64,000 nt of DNA, taken from Reichenbachiella faecimaris. GTDB taxonomy: Bacteria > Bacteroidota > Bacteroidia > Cytophagales > Cyclobacteriaceae. The DNA lies in assembly GCF_900176375.1 (NCBI RefSeq), contig NZ_FWYF01000001.1:1062449-1126448 (forward strand), given 5' to 3'. Positions 28,813-39,827 of this stretch are shown piece after piece (position 1 is the first letter of the stretch; each line of letters begins with the position of its first letter). The notes below the pieces were generated by a model that saw nothing but the letters and a program-made list of their open reading frames with translations, did no database searches and was not told the DNA's origin. The position numbers and the translations under genes are program-made.

Positions 28813-29706
28813 TCACTTTAAAAACTCAGGATCTTTAAAAGCTGGATTGGGATAATTATAAAAACCACCTTTGGTTTTTATACCTAATTTTCCTTTGTCA
28901 AGATAATTGGTTTTCAGATATTCTGCATTCGCTAATTTTTGCTTGTCTTTGTTGGTCTCACCCCAGTGTATCATCACGTTGTACATGGTTTCCAATCCAA
29001 TCATATCCATAATCATAAAAGGTCCACGGGGATTGCCAGAGATCATCCAAGTGCGATCTACTTCTTGAAAATCCACCACACCTTGTTCTACCAGATCAAG
29101 TGCTGCTGTCAGCATTGGGCCTAAAATAGAATTGAGTACATAGCCATTTTGTTCTTTGTTGAGCACGATAGGCACCATACCAATAGATTTAGCGAAAGCA
29201 ATAGTTTCCTCTTTCACTTTAGGATCAGTCCCAGGATGCGTCATGACTTCAGCTACATTGAAGGTCCAAATCATATTAGCAAAATGCAAGGCTAAAAAGC
29301 GCTCAGGCTGCACCACAGAATCTACAAAATCGCTTGGCAACAGTGTAGAAGAATTGGAAGTAATGATCGTTTCTGGGGATACCACTTGGGATAGTTTTTT
29401 ATAGAATTCACTCTTAATCTTGTGGTTTTCTGGAACGGACTCGCTAATCAAATCAGCTGACTCAACAGCCTCAGCTAAGTTCGTCGTGTAAGTTAGTCTC
29501 TCCTTTGCAGCTTCTACTTCTTCCCTGGTAGCTCCCAACGATTTTTGGAAAATGGTTGCAAACTGCTCATGAAATTTTTTACTCGCTTCCAATCCTTCAG
29601 GAAACGCATCATAAACAACTACATGAAAACCCTTGAAAGCTGTTTGCCAGGCCACTTGTGAGCCTAATGTCCCTCCACCTGCAATGGTCACGTTTTTGAT
29701 TTTCAT
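28813..29706 (-). CDS. 3-hydroxyacyl-CoA dehydrogenase (NAD-binding), 3-hydroxybutyryl-CoA dehydrogenase-like
   Basis: It has a Rossmann motif, VTIAGGGTLGSQVA, and a C-terminal 3HCDH domain. Confidence 0.75.
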   Translation of the reverse strand: MKIKNVTIAGGGTLGSQVAWQTAFKGFHVVVYDAFPEGLEASKKFHEQFATIFQKSLGATREEVEAAKERLTYTTNLAEAVESADLISESVPENHKIKSEFYKKLSQVVSPETIITSNSSTLLPSDFVDSVVQPERFLALHFANMIWTFNVAEVMTHPGTDPKVKEETIAFAKSIGMVPIVLNKEQNGYVLNSILGPMLTAALDLVEQGVVDFQEVDRTWMISGNPRGPFMIMDMIGLETMYNVMIHWGETNKDKQKLANAEYLKTNYLDKGKLGIKTKGGFYNYPNPAFKDPEFLK

Positions 29707-29709
29707 AGA

Positions 29710-30537
29710 TTAAAACTTCGTGTTTTTGATAATGTCGTAAGTGGATGTGGTGGAAACGGGTTTGGTGAAAAAATCATCCAATACCTTAAAAAAAAGATCA
29801 GACTTTTCGTATGAACCAAAGTGCGTAGCCCCAGGCATCACAAAAAGGTTGGATTGCTTAATGTTATAAAATATTTCTAAGGAGTGCTCCAATTTGATCA
29901 CGTCCCTATCTCCAGTCATCACCAAAACTGGGGCAGCGATTTTAGCCAAGTCTTTGATAGGTATTTGTGGTTGATAAATAAGCAGCCCAAAAAGCCTCAA
30001 TTTATAATCATCCGTTTCATTGGCTACCATGTTCTTTACAAATTCTGCATTATCAGCATCGACTGCAGTGGAATCTGGTCGCAGGTTAGCTCCGAAAACA
30101 GCCAACCTTTTTACTTTATCAGGATAATCTATAGCCAATTTCAGACCAATGATTCCACCGTCACTTTGCCCCATGATATAACAGGAATCAATATTCAGTT
30201 GGTCCAATACCGCATTGATGTCACTTGTCATATTTTCATAAGTCAGGCTGTCTCCAATGTCTTTGGTTTTGCCATGTGCTCGGCTATCCATTGCGATCAC
30301 CTGATACTTATCCTTGTAGTACTCTATTTTAGGTGTACTCGACCTAATCGAGCCACCATTACCATGAATGAGTAGCAGTGGTTCTCCGTCCCCATAGATT
30401 TCATAATAGACTTTGATTCCATTTACAGATGCGTATTTTCCTACCTCTGGGTTGTTGCCATAAGGAATCTCCTTGCTCTGAGCACAACCCATGGTAGAAA
30501 ACAGAATTGTATGGAAGAGAAAAAACAGGGGTTTCAT
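29710..30537 (-). CDS. Alpha/beta hydrolase (lipoprotein)
   Basis: It has the GQSDGG nucleophile elbow (GxSxG) and a lipoprotein signal, MKPLFFLF...MGCAQ. The track ORF extends to 30591. Confidence 0.65.
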   Translation of the reverse strand: MKPLFFLFHTILFSTMGCAQSKEIPYGNNPEVGKYASVNGIKVYYEIYGDGEPLLLIHGNGGSIRSSTPKIEYYKDKYQVIAMDSRAHGKTKDIGDSLTYENMTSDINAVLDQLNIDSCYIMGQSDGGIIGLKLAIDYPDKVKRLAVFGANLRPDSTAVDADNAEFVKNMVANETDDYKLRLFGLLIYQPQIPIKDLAKIAAPVLVMTGDRDVIKLEHSLEIFYNIKQSNLFVMPGATHFGSYEKSDLFFKVLDDFFTKPVSTTSTYDIIKNTKF

Positions 30538-30687
30538 TGAATGGTGTTTGATGTGAATCCATAATGATACTTTAATAACCAGAGAATTCAAAAATGTACC
30601 TAAGAATAAAAGAATGCTAACATCTCATAATTAATTTTTTTCTCTCAAATAAAACCTCTATTTTCAACCGCATTTTACACTAGCCAC

Positions 30688-31275
30688 ATGTCATACAATT
30701 TTACCGAATGGTGGGAGTCTCTGGATACACTACTTAGAATTTATTGGGGTATTGCCATTCCATTCACCATATTCTTTTTGCTTCAATTAATTATGACTTT
30801 TTTCTTCGGGGATATTCCTGATGATGGAAGTGCTGATGCGGATGTAGAAGCTGATGATGGTATGGGTTTTCAGTTTTTCACCTTGAAGAATTTGGTTGCC
30901 TTCTTTACCATTTTTTCTTGGACTGGTATAGCCTGTCTAGACTCAGGTTTGTCAAACAATTGGTCCATTTTTATTTCAATGATTTCTGGGCTCGTGATGA
31001 TGCTGGTTATGGGAGGAATTTTATACCTTCTTGGTAAAGCCAATGCGAGCGGAACTATCAAGATGAAAAATGCCATTGGAGCCGTCGGAGAAGTGTACAT
31101 GGAAATTCGTGCTAAGCGGGATAACATAGGACAGGTACAAATCCAGGTTCAGGGAACTCTTCGCACGCTTGAAGCAATTACGGATGATGAAGAAACTTTA
31201 CGTCCTGGAGCAGTAATAACCGTAAAAGAAATAGCCACCAACAATATTTTAATCGTTACAAAAAGCCAATCATAA
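30688..31275 (+). CDS. NfeD-like membrane protein (partner of the flotillin/SPFH protein)
   Basis: It has TM helices and a C-terminal beta-rich OB-like region. It lies immediately upstream of the flotillin gene and abuts it. Confidence 0.5.
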   Translation: MSYNFTEWWESLDTLLRIYWGIAIPFTIFFLLQLIMTFFFGDIPDDGSADADVEADDGMGFQFFTLKNLVAFFTIFSWTGIACLDSGLSNNWSIFISMISGLVMMLVMGGILYLLGKANASGTIKMKNAIGAVGEVYMEIRAKRDNIGQVQIQVQGTLRTLEAITDDEETLRPGAVITVKEIATNNILIVTKSQS

Positions 31276-32726
31276 TGAGCATATTCGCATTACCTGTATT
31301 AGCCCTTTCGGCGCTATTCGTTTTTGTAGTCCTTGTTACCTTTTTCAGAAGGTATAAACGTTGTCCCTCGGACAGGATTTTAGTTGTTTATGGCAAAGTA
31401 GGAGATGGTTCCGCCAAGTGTATTCATGGTGGAGCAGCTTTTGTTTGGCCTGTTTTTCAGGACTATGAGTTTCTAGACCTTACTCCTATTTCGATTGAAG
31501 TAATGCTTACCAACGCACTGAGTAGACAAAACATTCGAGTAGACGTACCATCTCGATTTACAGTTGGTATCTCCACAGAACTTGGTATAATGAACAATGC
31601 AGCTGAACGTCTTTTGGGCCTTTCTCAAGAAAATATCCATGACCTTGCCAAAGACATCATCTTTGGTCAGTTGAGACTGGTAGTTGCCACCATGGATATT
31701 GAAGAAATCAATAGTAACAGAGATAAATTTCTGGAAAACGTAGCCTCAAACGTTGGTCAAGAGTTGAAGAAAATTGGACTTAAGTTGATCAATGTAAACG
31801 TAACGGATATCAAAGACGAATCTGGCTATATTGAAGCATTAGGAAAAGAAGCCGCCGCAAAAGCTATTAACGACGCTAAGAAGTCAGTAGCCGAAAAAGA
31901 CAGAGACGGAGCGATTGGAGAAGCCAACGCTCATCAGGATCAAAGGGTTCAGGTATCTGATGCGAATGCCAGAGCGGTAGAAGGTGAAAACACTGCCAAA
32001 ATCAAAGTAGCTCAATCTGATGCTTTGAGAGTGGAAAAAGAGGCCGAGGCATTAAAAATATCTACAGCAGCAGAGAAAGTTCAACATGCTAAAGCACTAG
32101 AAGAAGCCTACGCAGCAGAGCAATCCGCAGAAAAAGCAAGAGCTACCAGAGATAAGGCCGCTCAAACCGCTGATATTGTAATTCCTGCACAAATCGACAA
32201 AGAAAAGGTAGAAATTGCTGCTGAGGCTGAAGCAGAAATGATCAGAAGAAAGGCCAGAGGAGAGGCCGATGCCATACTATTCAAAAAGCAAGCTGAAGCA
32301 CAAGGTTTATATGAAATATTGACCAAGCAAGCCGAAGGTTTAAAACAAATCGTAAGTGCTGCCGGAGACAACTCGAAGGATGCTGTTCTTCTTTTAGTAG
32401 CAGACAAACTTCCTGAATTGGTTAAAACTCAGGCAGAGGCAATTAAGAATATTAAGATTGATAAAATCACTGTCTGGGACGGTGGAAATAACGGGTCAGA
32501 TAAAAGTTCGACTGCGAATTTTATTTCTGGACTTTATAAGTCAGTCCCTCCTCTGCAGGAAATGTTTAACATGGCTGGTATGGAATTACCAGAATATTTA
32601 AAAGGCAAGTCGCCTGAAGAGGTTCAAGCGATAATTGAATCGAAGAAAGCAAAAGCTACAGCACCTAAAAAGTCAAAGAAAAATGATAAGAATGAGGGAG
32701 ATGCTCCAGTAGATATTGTAGAATAA
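31275..32726 (+). CDS. Flotillin-like SPFH/Band 7 family protein
   Basis: It has an N-terminal TM, an SPFH domain and a long Ala/Glu-rich coiled coil (EAEALKISTAAEKVQHAKALEEAYAAEQSAEKARA...). Confidence 0.8.
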   Translation: MSIFALPVLALSALFVFVVLVTFFRRYKRCPSDRILVVYGKVGDGSAKCIHGGAAFVWPVFQDYEFLDLTPISIEVMLTNALSRQNIRVDVPSRFTVGISTELGIMNNAAERLLGLSQENIHDLAKDIIFGQLRLVVATMDIEEINSNRDKFLENVASNVGQELKKIGLKLINVNVTDIKDESGYIEALGKEAAAKAINDAKKSVAEKDRDGAIGEANAHQDQRVQVSDANARAVEGENTAKIKVAQSDALRVEKEAEALKISTAAEKVQHAKALEEAYAAEQSAEKARATRDKAAQTADIVIPAQIDKEKVEIAAEAEAEMIRRKARGEADAILFKKQAEAQGLYEILTKQAEGLKQIVSAAGDNSKDAVLLLVADKLPELVKTQAEAIKNIKIDKITVWDGGNNGSDKSSTANFISGLYKSVPPLQEMFNMAGMELPEYLKGKSPEEVQAIIESKKAKATAPKKSKKNDKNEGDAPVDIVE

Positions 32727-32746
32727 GATATTCAAAACAAAAAAAA

Positions 32747-32785
32747 AGTGCCTGTTCCATATAAAAATGAAACAGGCACTTTTTT
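32747..32785. terminator. Bidirectional rho-independent terminator between convergent flotillin and AKR genes
   Basis: The stem agtgcctgtt / aacaggcact has a 14-nt loop. It is followed by TTTTT (plus) and preceded by an A9 run (minus). Confidence 0.6.
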
Positions 32786-33776
32786 ACCCTTTCAAAATAC
32801 TTTCAATATCAGCCAACTCCTGGCTAGTAAACTCGATGTTATCAATACTAGTCAAGTTCTGTTTTAGCTGTTCCACACTACTGGCTCCAATGAGTACTGA
32901 AGTCACTACGTCATTGCGTAGCAACCAAGCAATGGCCAACTGAGAAATTTCCTGTCCTCTTGACTTTGCGATTTTCTCTAAAGCCAATACTTTGTTGATT
33001 TTCTCTTCAGTTACGTGATCACTTTTCAAGAAGCCCCAGTCTTTAGCTGCTCGCGAATCCTTTGGAATACCTTTCAAATACTTATCAGTCAAAAGGCCTT
33101 GCGCCAAAGGAGAGAAAACAATGCTTCCAATTCCATTGGATTCCAGTGTATCCAGCAAGCCATCTTCCACCCATCTGTCAAACATAGAATAGCGTGGCTG
33201 ATGAATGATAAATGGAGTACGCAACTCTTTGAAAATCTTAGCAATTTCTGCTGTTTGCTCTGGCTGATAGTTCGACACGCCAACATATAAAGACTTTCCT
33301 TGCTTCACTGCATGATCTAATGCCAGAGCAGATTCTTCGATTGGCGTATTTGGATCTGGTCTGTGATGATAGAAAATATCCACGTAGTCCAATCCCATTC
33401 TTTTCAGTGATTGATCCAGACTAGACAAGATGTATTTTCTACTCCCCCATTCGCCATACGGGCCTTCCCACATGTGGTAACCAGCCTTGGTAGAAATAAT
33501 CATTTCATCTCGAAATAGCATCAAATCCTGCTTCAGCATTTTCCCGAAATTCTCCTCGGCCGACCCTGGAGGCGGACCATAGTTGTTTGCCAAATCAAAG
33601 TGAGTAATACCTCGATCAAAAGCGTACTGGATCATTTTACATCCATTTTCATACTCGTCGACATGACCAAAGTTGTGCCATAACCCTAATGAAATAGCAG
33701 GCAACAACAACCCTGATGTCCCACATCTGCGATATTTCATCGTGTCATATCGATCTGCTGCTGGTTCGTAAGCCAT
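32784..33776 (-). CDS. Aldo/keto reductase (YghZ/AKR14-like)
   Basis: The sequence is AKR-like throughout (YRRCGTSGLLLPAISLGLWHNFG...). The track ORF extends to 33884. ATG at 33776 (MAYEPAADRY) is the more likely start. Confidence 0.8.
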   Translation of the reverse strand: MAYEPAADRYDTMKYRRCGTSGLLLPAISLGLWHNFGHVDEYENGCKMIQYAFDRGITHFDLANNYGPPPGSAEENFGKMLKQDLMLFRDEMIISTKAGYHMWEGPYGEWGSRKYILSSLDQSLKRMGLDYVDIFYHHRPDPNTPIEESALALDHAVKQGKSLYVGVSNYQPEQTAEIAKIFKELRTPFIIHQPRYSMFDRWVEDGLLDTLESNGIGSIVFSPLAQGLLTDKYLKGIPKDSRAAKDWGFLKSDHVTEEKINKVLALEKIAKSRGQEISQLAIAWLLRNDVVTSVLIGASSVEQLKQNLTSIDNIEFTSQELADIESILKG

Positions 33777-33891
33777 AAATTCTTTTTTTGTGTTAGAAAT
33801 ACAATTCGCGCGATAGCTTTCAAGCAACCTCCCAGTAGAGACTGTATAAGCATAATTCACATTTAGTTTTGGGAATGGAAGCACCTACGTG

Positions 33892-34398
33892 CTAAAGGGT
33901 AGGTAAATCTAGCCCTTTCGGATAATAATAAAAAAGCTTTTTGGCTCGACATTGGTTTATTTGTTTCCAATCGTCTGTTTCCAACTGGATACCAACAACA
34001 CCACTGGTCGGGATATTAAAAATATCTTCATTGGTTAGTTCATTGGCATAATCAGTAATACCTGGGTTATGAATGAAAAGTACGGCAGATTGATGGTCAT
34101 TGCTTAGAGAATGAATAACACTTTCAATGTCTCGTTCATCACCATGAAACAAACCCTCCTCCAATTTCAGGTCACTCTTCAAAAGACCAAATGCATGCAA
34201 AAAATTGACGGCTGTATCTTGTGTTCTTCTGGATGGGCTACTTATAAATGTATCAGGACAAGCCATTTTTTCTTTTAAAAATTCTGCCATTCTTGGCGCA
34301 TCTCTTTTGCCTCGTTTGTTCAATGGCCGATCCCTATCCCGCAAGCTGGTGTCTTTCCAACTCGACTTGGCATGACGGACAAGGTATAGGGTTTTCAT
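33892..34398 (-). CDS. Histidine phosphatase family protein (SixA-like phosphohistidine phosphatase)
   Basis: It has the LYLVRHAKS (RHG-type) motif and is 168 aa. Confidence 0.7.
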   Translation of the reverse strand: MKTLYLVRHAKSSWKDTSLRDRDRPLNKRGKRDAPRMAEFLKEKMACPDTFISSPSRRTQDTAVNFLHAFGLLKSDLKLEEGLFHGDERDIESVIHSLSNDHQSAVLFIHNPGITDYANELTNEDIFNIPTSGVVGIQLETDDWKQINQCRAKKLFYYYPKGLDLPTL

Positions 34399-34502
34399 TT
34401 CAGATTCATAATTAGTTTGTCATCTCGACGATAGGAGAGATCTTGTTTGCGGTAACTGGTCTTGTTAAGATTTCCCTATGTCGAAATGCAACATTGATTT
34501 AA

Positions 34503-36200
34503 TCAACGTTTCCTCCTTCCTTCAAAATATTTTGCTATCTCCTCCAGAGTCATTGCATTCAAGCACATCTCTTTCGTCAATCCGCCTTTACGTCCTGCAA
34601 GCAGTCCATAGTACATATCCTTGTACCCTTCCATTTTATGCGCATCAGGATTGATACTAAGCATAACTCCCTTTTCGAGTGCATAATGCACCCATCGCCA
34701 ATCCATATCCAAGCGGTACGGGCTGGCATTGATTTCGATAATCACACCTTTTTCCGCACAAGCATCTATGATGGCTTTGTGATCCACAGGATACCCTTCT
34801 CTTTCAAGAATCAATCGTCCAGTCATGTGACCTAGAATAGTGGTATGTGGGTTATTGATGGCCGTTAGCAATCTATGGGTTGCTTTGGTGATATCCATAG
34901 TGAGACCTGAATGCACAGAGGCCACGATAAAATCAAAACTTGCCAGCACATCATCCGAATAATCGAGTGAGCCATCCGCCAATATATCTGATTCTATACC
35001 TGAAAATATCTTAAAAGGTGCCAACTCTTCATTGAGTTTTTCAATTTCCTCCTGCTGTTTTTTGACTCTGAAGTCCTGCAGCCCGTTTGCATATACAGCC
35101 GTCTGGCTATGATCAGAAATCCCGAGATATTCATAGCCCAGCTCACGACAGTGCTCTGCCATTTGGCGCAATGTGTGCTTTCCATCACTATAGGTAGAGT
35201 GGTTATGCAGAATTCCCTTCAGGTCATCCATCTCCACCAGCTTTGGCAATTTGTTTTGCTTAGCCCATTCTATTTCAAACTCCCCTTCTCTCAACTCAGG
35301 CACCATAGGAGATAACCCAGCTGCTTCATAAACTGCTGATTCAGAAGCATAAGCCTTTTCTCTGACGATCTTTTTCAGATTCTTGTCCCCGTCAATCGGC
35401 ATATTCAAATGTTTAGGATTGGCTGTGGTTTCCACCAAAATATTGTAAAACTGATCAGTCGCAGAAAATCTTATTTTAACAGGAATATCGCATTTGTCAT
35501 ACATTCCACTCCAAGAGTAGGGCCCTGAGAGTTTTTCATTTTCAGTAAACCCTTCTATAGCATTAATTACAGTTCGTGTGGTTTCAAATTCATCTGAAGC
35601 CACAAGGAACTCCAAACAACCAATGACTTCCATTCTACGACGAAGATCACCTGTTTCTGAAAATAATGTGATAGATGGATGCTTTTCAAAGGCAGCTAAA
35701 ATATTGATCATGAAAGGCTCCACATTGGCATATCGCTCAAACCCTCTGCAACTGATCGCAAACTGCACAGCATTCGTTAACGTCTCTTGAGATTTTTCTG
35801 CAAAACCCTTGAGCTTAGCCACTTTCCCCTGCTGGCACAGCTGCAACAAATCATCTAACGTTTCTGCTCCTCCTTCTCTCCAGAGTACAGCAATTTTTTT
35901 GGCTCCAAAGCCAGAGATCTTGAACATCTCGACCACCCCTTCTGGCGTATCCATCATCAACTGATCCATACCATCAAATGATCCACGCTCCAATAACTGT
36001 GTAATATTGGCAGCCATGCCCTTCCCTATTCCGTCTATTTTTGGAATGTCATCTACTGACATGGTGACCATCTCTACATCCAAGTCACTGATGGTGTCTG
36101 CAGCAGTTTGGTATCCGCGTATCTTGAAAGGATTATCGCCATGAAGTTCCATCAATTTGGAGGCTAGCTTGAGTTTGGATTTTATTTCAGTGTTCGTCAC
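34503..36200 (-). CDS. DNA polymerase X family protein with C-terminal PHP phosphoesterase domain
   Basis: It has N-terminal HhH/Pol-beta-like domains and a C-terminal PHP domain (HNHSTYSDGKHT...HMTGR...). The start codon is GTG. Confidence 0.8.
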   Translation of the reverse strand: MTNTEIKSKLKLASKLMELHGDNPFKIRGYQTAADTISDLDVEMVTMSVDDIPKIDGIGKGMAANITQLLERGSFDGMDQLMMDTPEGVVEMFKISGFGAKKIAVLWREGGAETLDDLLQLCQQGKVAKLKGFAEKSQETLTNAVQFAISCRGFERYANVEPFMINILAAFEKHPSITLFSETGDLRRRMEVIGCLEFLVASDEFETTRTVINAIEGFTENEKLSGPYSWSGMYDKCDIPVKIRFSATDQFYNILVETTANPKHLNMPIDGDKNLKKIVREKAYASESAVYEAAGLSPMVPELREGEFEIEWAKQNKLPKLVEMDDLKGILHNHSTYSDGKHTLRQMAEHCRELGYEYLGISDHSQTAVYANGLQDFRVKKQQEEIEKLNEELAPFKIFSGIESDILADGSLDYSDDVLASFDFIVASVHSGLTMDITKATHRLLTAINNPHTTILGHMTGRLILEREGYPVDHKAIIDACAEKGVIIEINASPYRLDMDWRWVHYALEKGVMLSINPDAHKMEGYKDMYYGLLAGRKGGLTKEMCLNAMTLEEIAKYFEGRRKR

Positions 36201-36218
36201 GTCAGTCGTCTTTTAGAA

Positions 36219-37796
36219 TTGAAATATAAACTTACAAATTGCAAAAGAATTAAATACCAAATTACCGTTTATAAGTTATCATTGCGCGAACCAAAGCTCA
36301 TAAAACGGTTGGGAGTAGTTATCAAACAAAGTAGTATTTCGGCCTTTTTCACCTATCTAGGTGCAGGTATAGGCTTTGTGAACACGATCATTCTATTTCC
36401 ACTTTTTTTATCAACTGAGCAGATTGGTTTATTGAGAGTGATCCCCTCCTCAGCTTTTTTAATTGTCTCTTTTTCACAGCTTGGCATAGGGAGTACACTA
36501 CTCAAATTTGCGCCAGAGTTCAACAAAAAACCAGAGGGTCTCAGCCAACTGATCACGTTTTGTGTATGGGTTGTTTTAGCTGGATTCATTCTGGCCTGTG
36601 GCATACTATTCATCTTTGAGGCTCAGATCACAGCCTACTTCAGTACCCATTCTGCACTGCTTTCTGACTATTTTCTTGTCGTCGTGGCTTTGGTACTTAT
36701 ACTTTCCCTCTATAGCTTGTTTGAAATATACGGGCGCTTATTCTTGAAGATTATAGTCCAAAATATTATCAAAGAGGTGGCTCTAAGGCTCATGCTTACG
36801 ATTGGGGTTTCTCTTTATTTTTTACAGTTTATTTCCTTTCACCAACTTGTTTATAGTCTCATTATCATGTACGGATCCATGCTGATGATGATGTTGGCTT
36901 ACCTTTTCAAACTGGGTCAGCTCAAATTCAGTGCTAAGCTAGATGTCATGGACAAGCCATTGCTTAAGCGAATTGGAATGTATTCACTTTTTGTAATGAT
37001 AGGTGCTGGCAGTAATAATATTGTTCTCAACATTGATCAGCTGATGATCTCTTCTGAACTCGGTTTGAGCGCAAATGGCATTTATTCTACCGTCTTCTAC
37101 TTTGCAGTTATGATCGAATTGTCGCGTCGAGTAATTGCACAAATCACCACGCCACTCGTCTCCGATTCTTTAGAAAATCAAGACCTAGCCGCAGTGGAAA
37201 AAATTTATAAGCAGACCTCAATTAATCAAATGATAGTGGGTGGTTTGTTTTTCATTGGGTTAGTCTGCAATCTGGACAACCTATTTTCGCTTATGTCCAA
37301 TGGTGAGACGTTTGCGGATGGCAGATATGTTGTTTATTTCATTGGTCTGTCCAAAGTCATGGAAATGACTTTCGCCAATAGTAGCCCAATCATATCCATG
37401 TCCAAATACTACAAATTCAATGTCATCACCATTGCCATTCTAGCCATTTTGATGATCTGTCTCAATCTGGTTCTAATTCCAGCTTATGGTATATCTGGGG
37501 CTGCATTTGCCTCATTTTTGGCACTATTCGTTTTTGGAATTATTAAAATGATATTCATCAAGGTGAAATTGGGATTTACCCCATTTACATGGGCAAATGG
37601 AAAATTATTGGTCATTGGCGTGATTGTATTAGTCATAGGTTTTGTCATTCCTATTTTTGAAAATACGATACTGGACTTGGTTGTTCGATCCATTGTTATT
37701 GGTTTGATCTATTGCTGCGCCATTTATTTCTTTAAAATCTCAAAAGAAATCAATGGAGGATTGACCCATCTTGCGGAGAAGTTTAGAGGTCGATAA
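36219..37796 (+). CDS. Polysaccharide biosynthesis protein / Wzx-like oligosaccharide flippase (MOP superfamily)
   Basis: It has about 12-14 TM helices and is typical of polysaccharide_biosynth family proteins. The true start is probably downstream of 36219 because only 18 bp separate it from the divergent PolX start. Confidence 0.55.
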   Translation: MKYKLTNCKRIKYQITVYKLSLREPKLIKRLGVVIKQSSISAFFTYLGAGIGFVNTIILFPLFLSTEQIGLLRVIPSSAFLIVSFSQLGIGSTLLKFAPEFNKKPEGLSQLITFCVWVVLAGFILACGILFIFEAQITAYFSTHSALLSDYFLVVVALVLILSLYSLFEIYGRLFLKIIVQNIIKEVALRLMLTIGVSLYFLQFISFHQLVYSLIIMYGSMLMMMLAYLFKLGQLKFSAKLDVMDKPLLKRIGMYSLFVMIGAGSNNIVLNIDQLMISSELGLSANGIYSTVFYFAVMIELSRRVIAQITTPLVSDSLENQDLAAVEKIYKQTSINQMIVGGLFFIGLVCNLDNLFSLMSNGETFADGRYVVYFIGLSKVMEMTFANSSPIISMSKYYKFNVITIAILAILMICLNLVLIPAYGISGAAFASFLALFVFGIIKMIFIKVKLGFTPFTWANGKLLVIGVIVLVIGFVIPIFENTILDLVVRSIVIGLIYCCAIYFFKISKEINGGLTHLAEKFRGR

Positions 37797-37864
37797 TTCA
37801 AAATCATTCATCGAAAACTAAGATCATTATTAAATTCAACAGCAAAAAGTAACGTTTCAACAGT

Positions 37865-38650
37865 ATGAAAAAAATTAACCCACTCTTAATGCTCATCCTT
37901 CTTTCGTTTGTATTCGCTTGTAGCAGTGACGACCCAGCACCCAATAATAATTCTGACACTGACGATGAAACAACAGATTCGGATCCATTAGCTGATAGCT
38001 TTGAAGGCGACGGAGCACTTATAGACTATATTACCAACAATGAATCTGCTCTACCTGATGTGTCGAGAAAGGATGGACGCTACCATGCAAACCTTACCAC
38101 CAATTTAGACAATATCACTTTGCACTACCATGAAGATCAAGGCAGACTTGATGCAAAAAAACTGAGTTTTCCTTTTGAATTTATAGCTAGAAATATCGGG
38201 ATTGGAACCCAAGAAGATTCTCAAACAGCACCTCCCTCAGTCAATGATCCATACAATTTTTGTGGGGTGCAGGTACATGTACCTGACTTGGCCACAGCTA
38301 GTTCTAGTCATGTAGTGGTCGGTCACCGTGGGTCAACTGGGTTTACTATCGAAGGAAAAAACACCAATAATGGCAGTTCCAATGTCAACGACATTGGTGC
38401 CAACACCGTCCCTGATGGTCGCGCTGATATCAGAATAGTGGGAAACGAAGACCAGACCATCACAGTTTATTGGCAAGTGCCAAATCTGACTTCGGGAAGT
38501 GATGATTGGACGTTGTACAATGGAACTGGGGAATTGCCAGGAGTTGCACCTACTTATGACACTGAGGTATATGTAGGTTTGATCACCTATGCTTTTGAAC
38601 AGACAGGTGTTCCTTTTGTGGGTACTTGTGATGCGATTGAGATTAGGTAA
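37865..38650 (+). CDS. Lipoprotein of unknown function
   Basis: It has a lipoprotein signal, LLSFVFACSSDD. No motifs were recognised. Confidence 0.45.
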   Translation: MKKINPLLMLILLSFVFACSSDDPAPNNNSDTDDETTDSDPLADSFEGDGALIDYITNNESALPDVSRKDGRYHANLTTNLDNITLHYHEDQGRLDAKKLSFPFEFIARNIGIGTQEDSQTAPPSVNDPYNFCGVQVHVPDLATASSSHVVVGHRGSTGFTIEGKNTNNGSSNVNDIGANTVPDGRADIRIVGNEDQTITVYWQVPNLTSGSDDWTLYNGTGELPGVAPTYDTEVYVGLITYAFEQTGVPFVGTCDAIEIR

Positions 38651-39827
38651 CTAGCCGACTTTTCTCTTTAGACGGGTTGGTCTTGGCGTGATTTACCTTC
38701 AGCTCCAAGCTGAATATTGTCTTCTTATTAGGCGTGCTTTCAATATGAATTTGACCTCCATTGAGCTTAGCAAACTCAAAACACAACTTGAGTCCCATGC
38801 CTGTTCCTTTTTCTCCAGCAGTACCTATTGTACTTTCCTTCTCCATCTGGGTCAGCAAATCTGATATGGCCTCCTTCGTCAATCCCACGCCATTGTCTAC
38901 CACATGAATAGCAATCTTTTCATTTTTAATCTTCGAAATCTCCATTTGCACCTCCCCTCCTTTTGGGGTGAATTTTATGGCATTGTTCACTAGATTTCTA
39001 ATAATGAATGTGATTTGATTTTTGTCTCCAATCACTAAATTATTTTGGCCTGCTGAATACTTCAGTGTGATGTTTTTCTTTTCAGCTTGATCCTTATACA
39101 AATGCCAGACAGTGTTTATAATTTGATCTAGATCAACTTTCTCCTTTCGCGTTTCAAACTCTTGTATCTGTATCCTTGCCCACTCGATCAAGTTATCCGT
39201 CAGATTGATCGTATTATCTACAGTGGTTTGCAAACCCAGGCTTAACGTCTTTACATCCTCTGCTGCTAAATGATCTATTCCCTCTATCATTATTGACGCG
39301 AGTCCTTTGAGTGAGGTAAGCGGACTTCTGAGATCGTGAGCTATGATATTAAAGAATTTATCCTTGGCCTTGTTGAGGTCTCTCAAATACTCAGTCTGGG
39401 CTTCAATCAAAATTTTCTGATCTAAAATTTCCTTTGTCCTAACCTCTACTAATTTCTCCAACTGCTCATTAGACTTTCTAATAATTTCATCTGCTCGCTT
39501 CTGTGCTGTGATATCAAACGATAGAATTAATAATCCATCTTCAATTGGACGTATTCTCAACTCGAAATAACCTTTTGATTTGTCTGGAAAGTCAAATTCA
39601 TTAAGCCATGTATCTGACTGCTTGTTCTGCATGCATTTCCCCAATAGCCTAAAAAGAGGCGTTTTTTCAATACCAGGAAATTTTTCCATCATGGTGGCTC
39701 CTACCAAATCGCCCTTGGATAATTTGGCGTGTTTGGCCACTGCGTCATTGGCATACACATAGCGCCAATCCTGATCAATGACTTGGACGCCTTCAATCAT
39801 TTCATCAAAAATCTCATATTTCCCCAT
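38643..39827 (-). CDS. PAS-domain sensor histidine kinase
   Basis: It has an N-terminal PAS, the HisKA H-box IIAHDLRSPLTSLKG and a HATPase_c domain (NLVNNAIKFT...DNGVGL...GTGMGL). Confidence 0.75.
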   Translation of the reverse strand: MGKYEIFDEMIEGVQVIDQDWRYVYANDAVAKHAKLSKGDLVGATMMEKFPGIEKTPLFRLLGKCMQNKQSDTWLNEFDFPDKSKGYFELRIRPIEDGLLILSFDITAQKRADEIIRKSNEQLEKLVEVRTKEILDQKILIEAQTEYLRDLNKAKDKFFNIIAHDLRSPLTSLKGLASIMIEGIDHLAAEDVKTLSLGLQTTVDNTINLTDNLIEWARIQIQEFETRKEKVDLDQIINTVWHLYKDQAEKKNITLKYSAGQNNLVIGDKNQITFIIRNLVNNAIKFTPKGGEVQMEISKIKNEKIAIHVVDNGVGLTKEAISDLLTQMEKESTIGTAGEKGTGMGLKLCFEFAKLNGGQIHIESTPNKKTIFSLELKVNHAKTNPSKEKSRLVT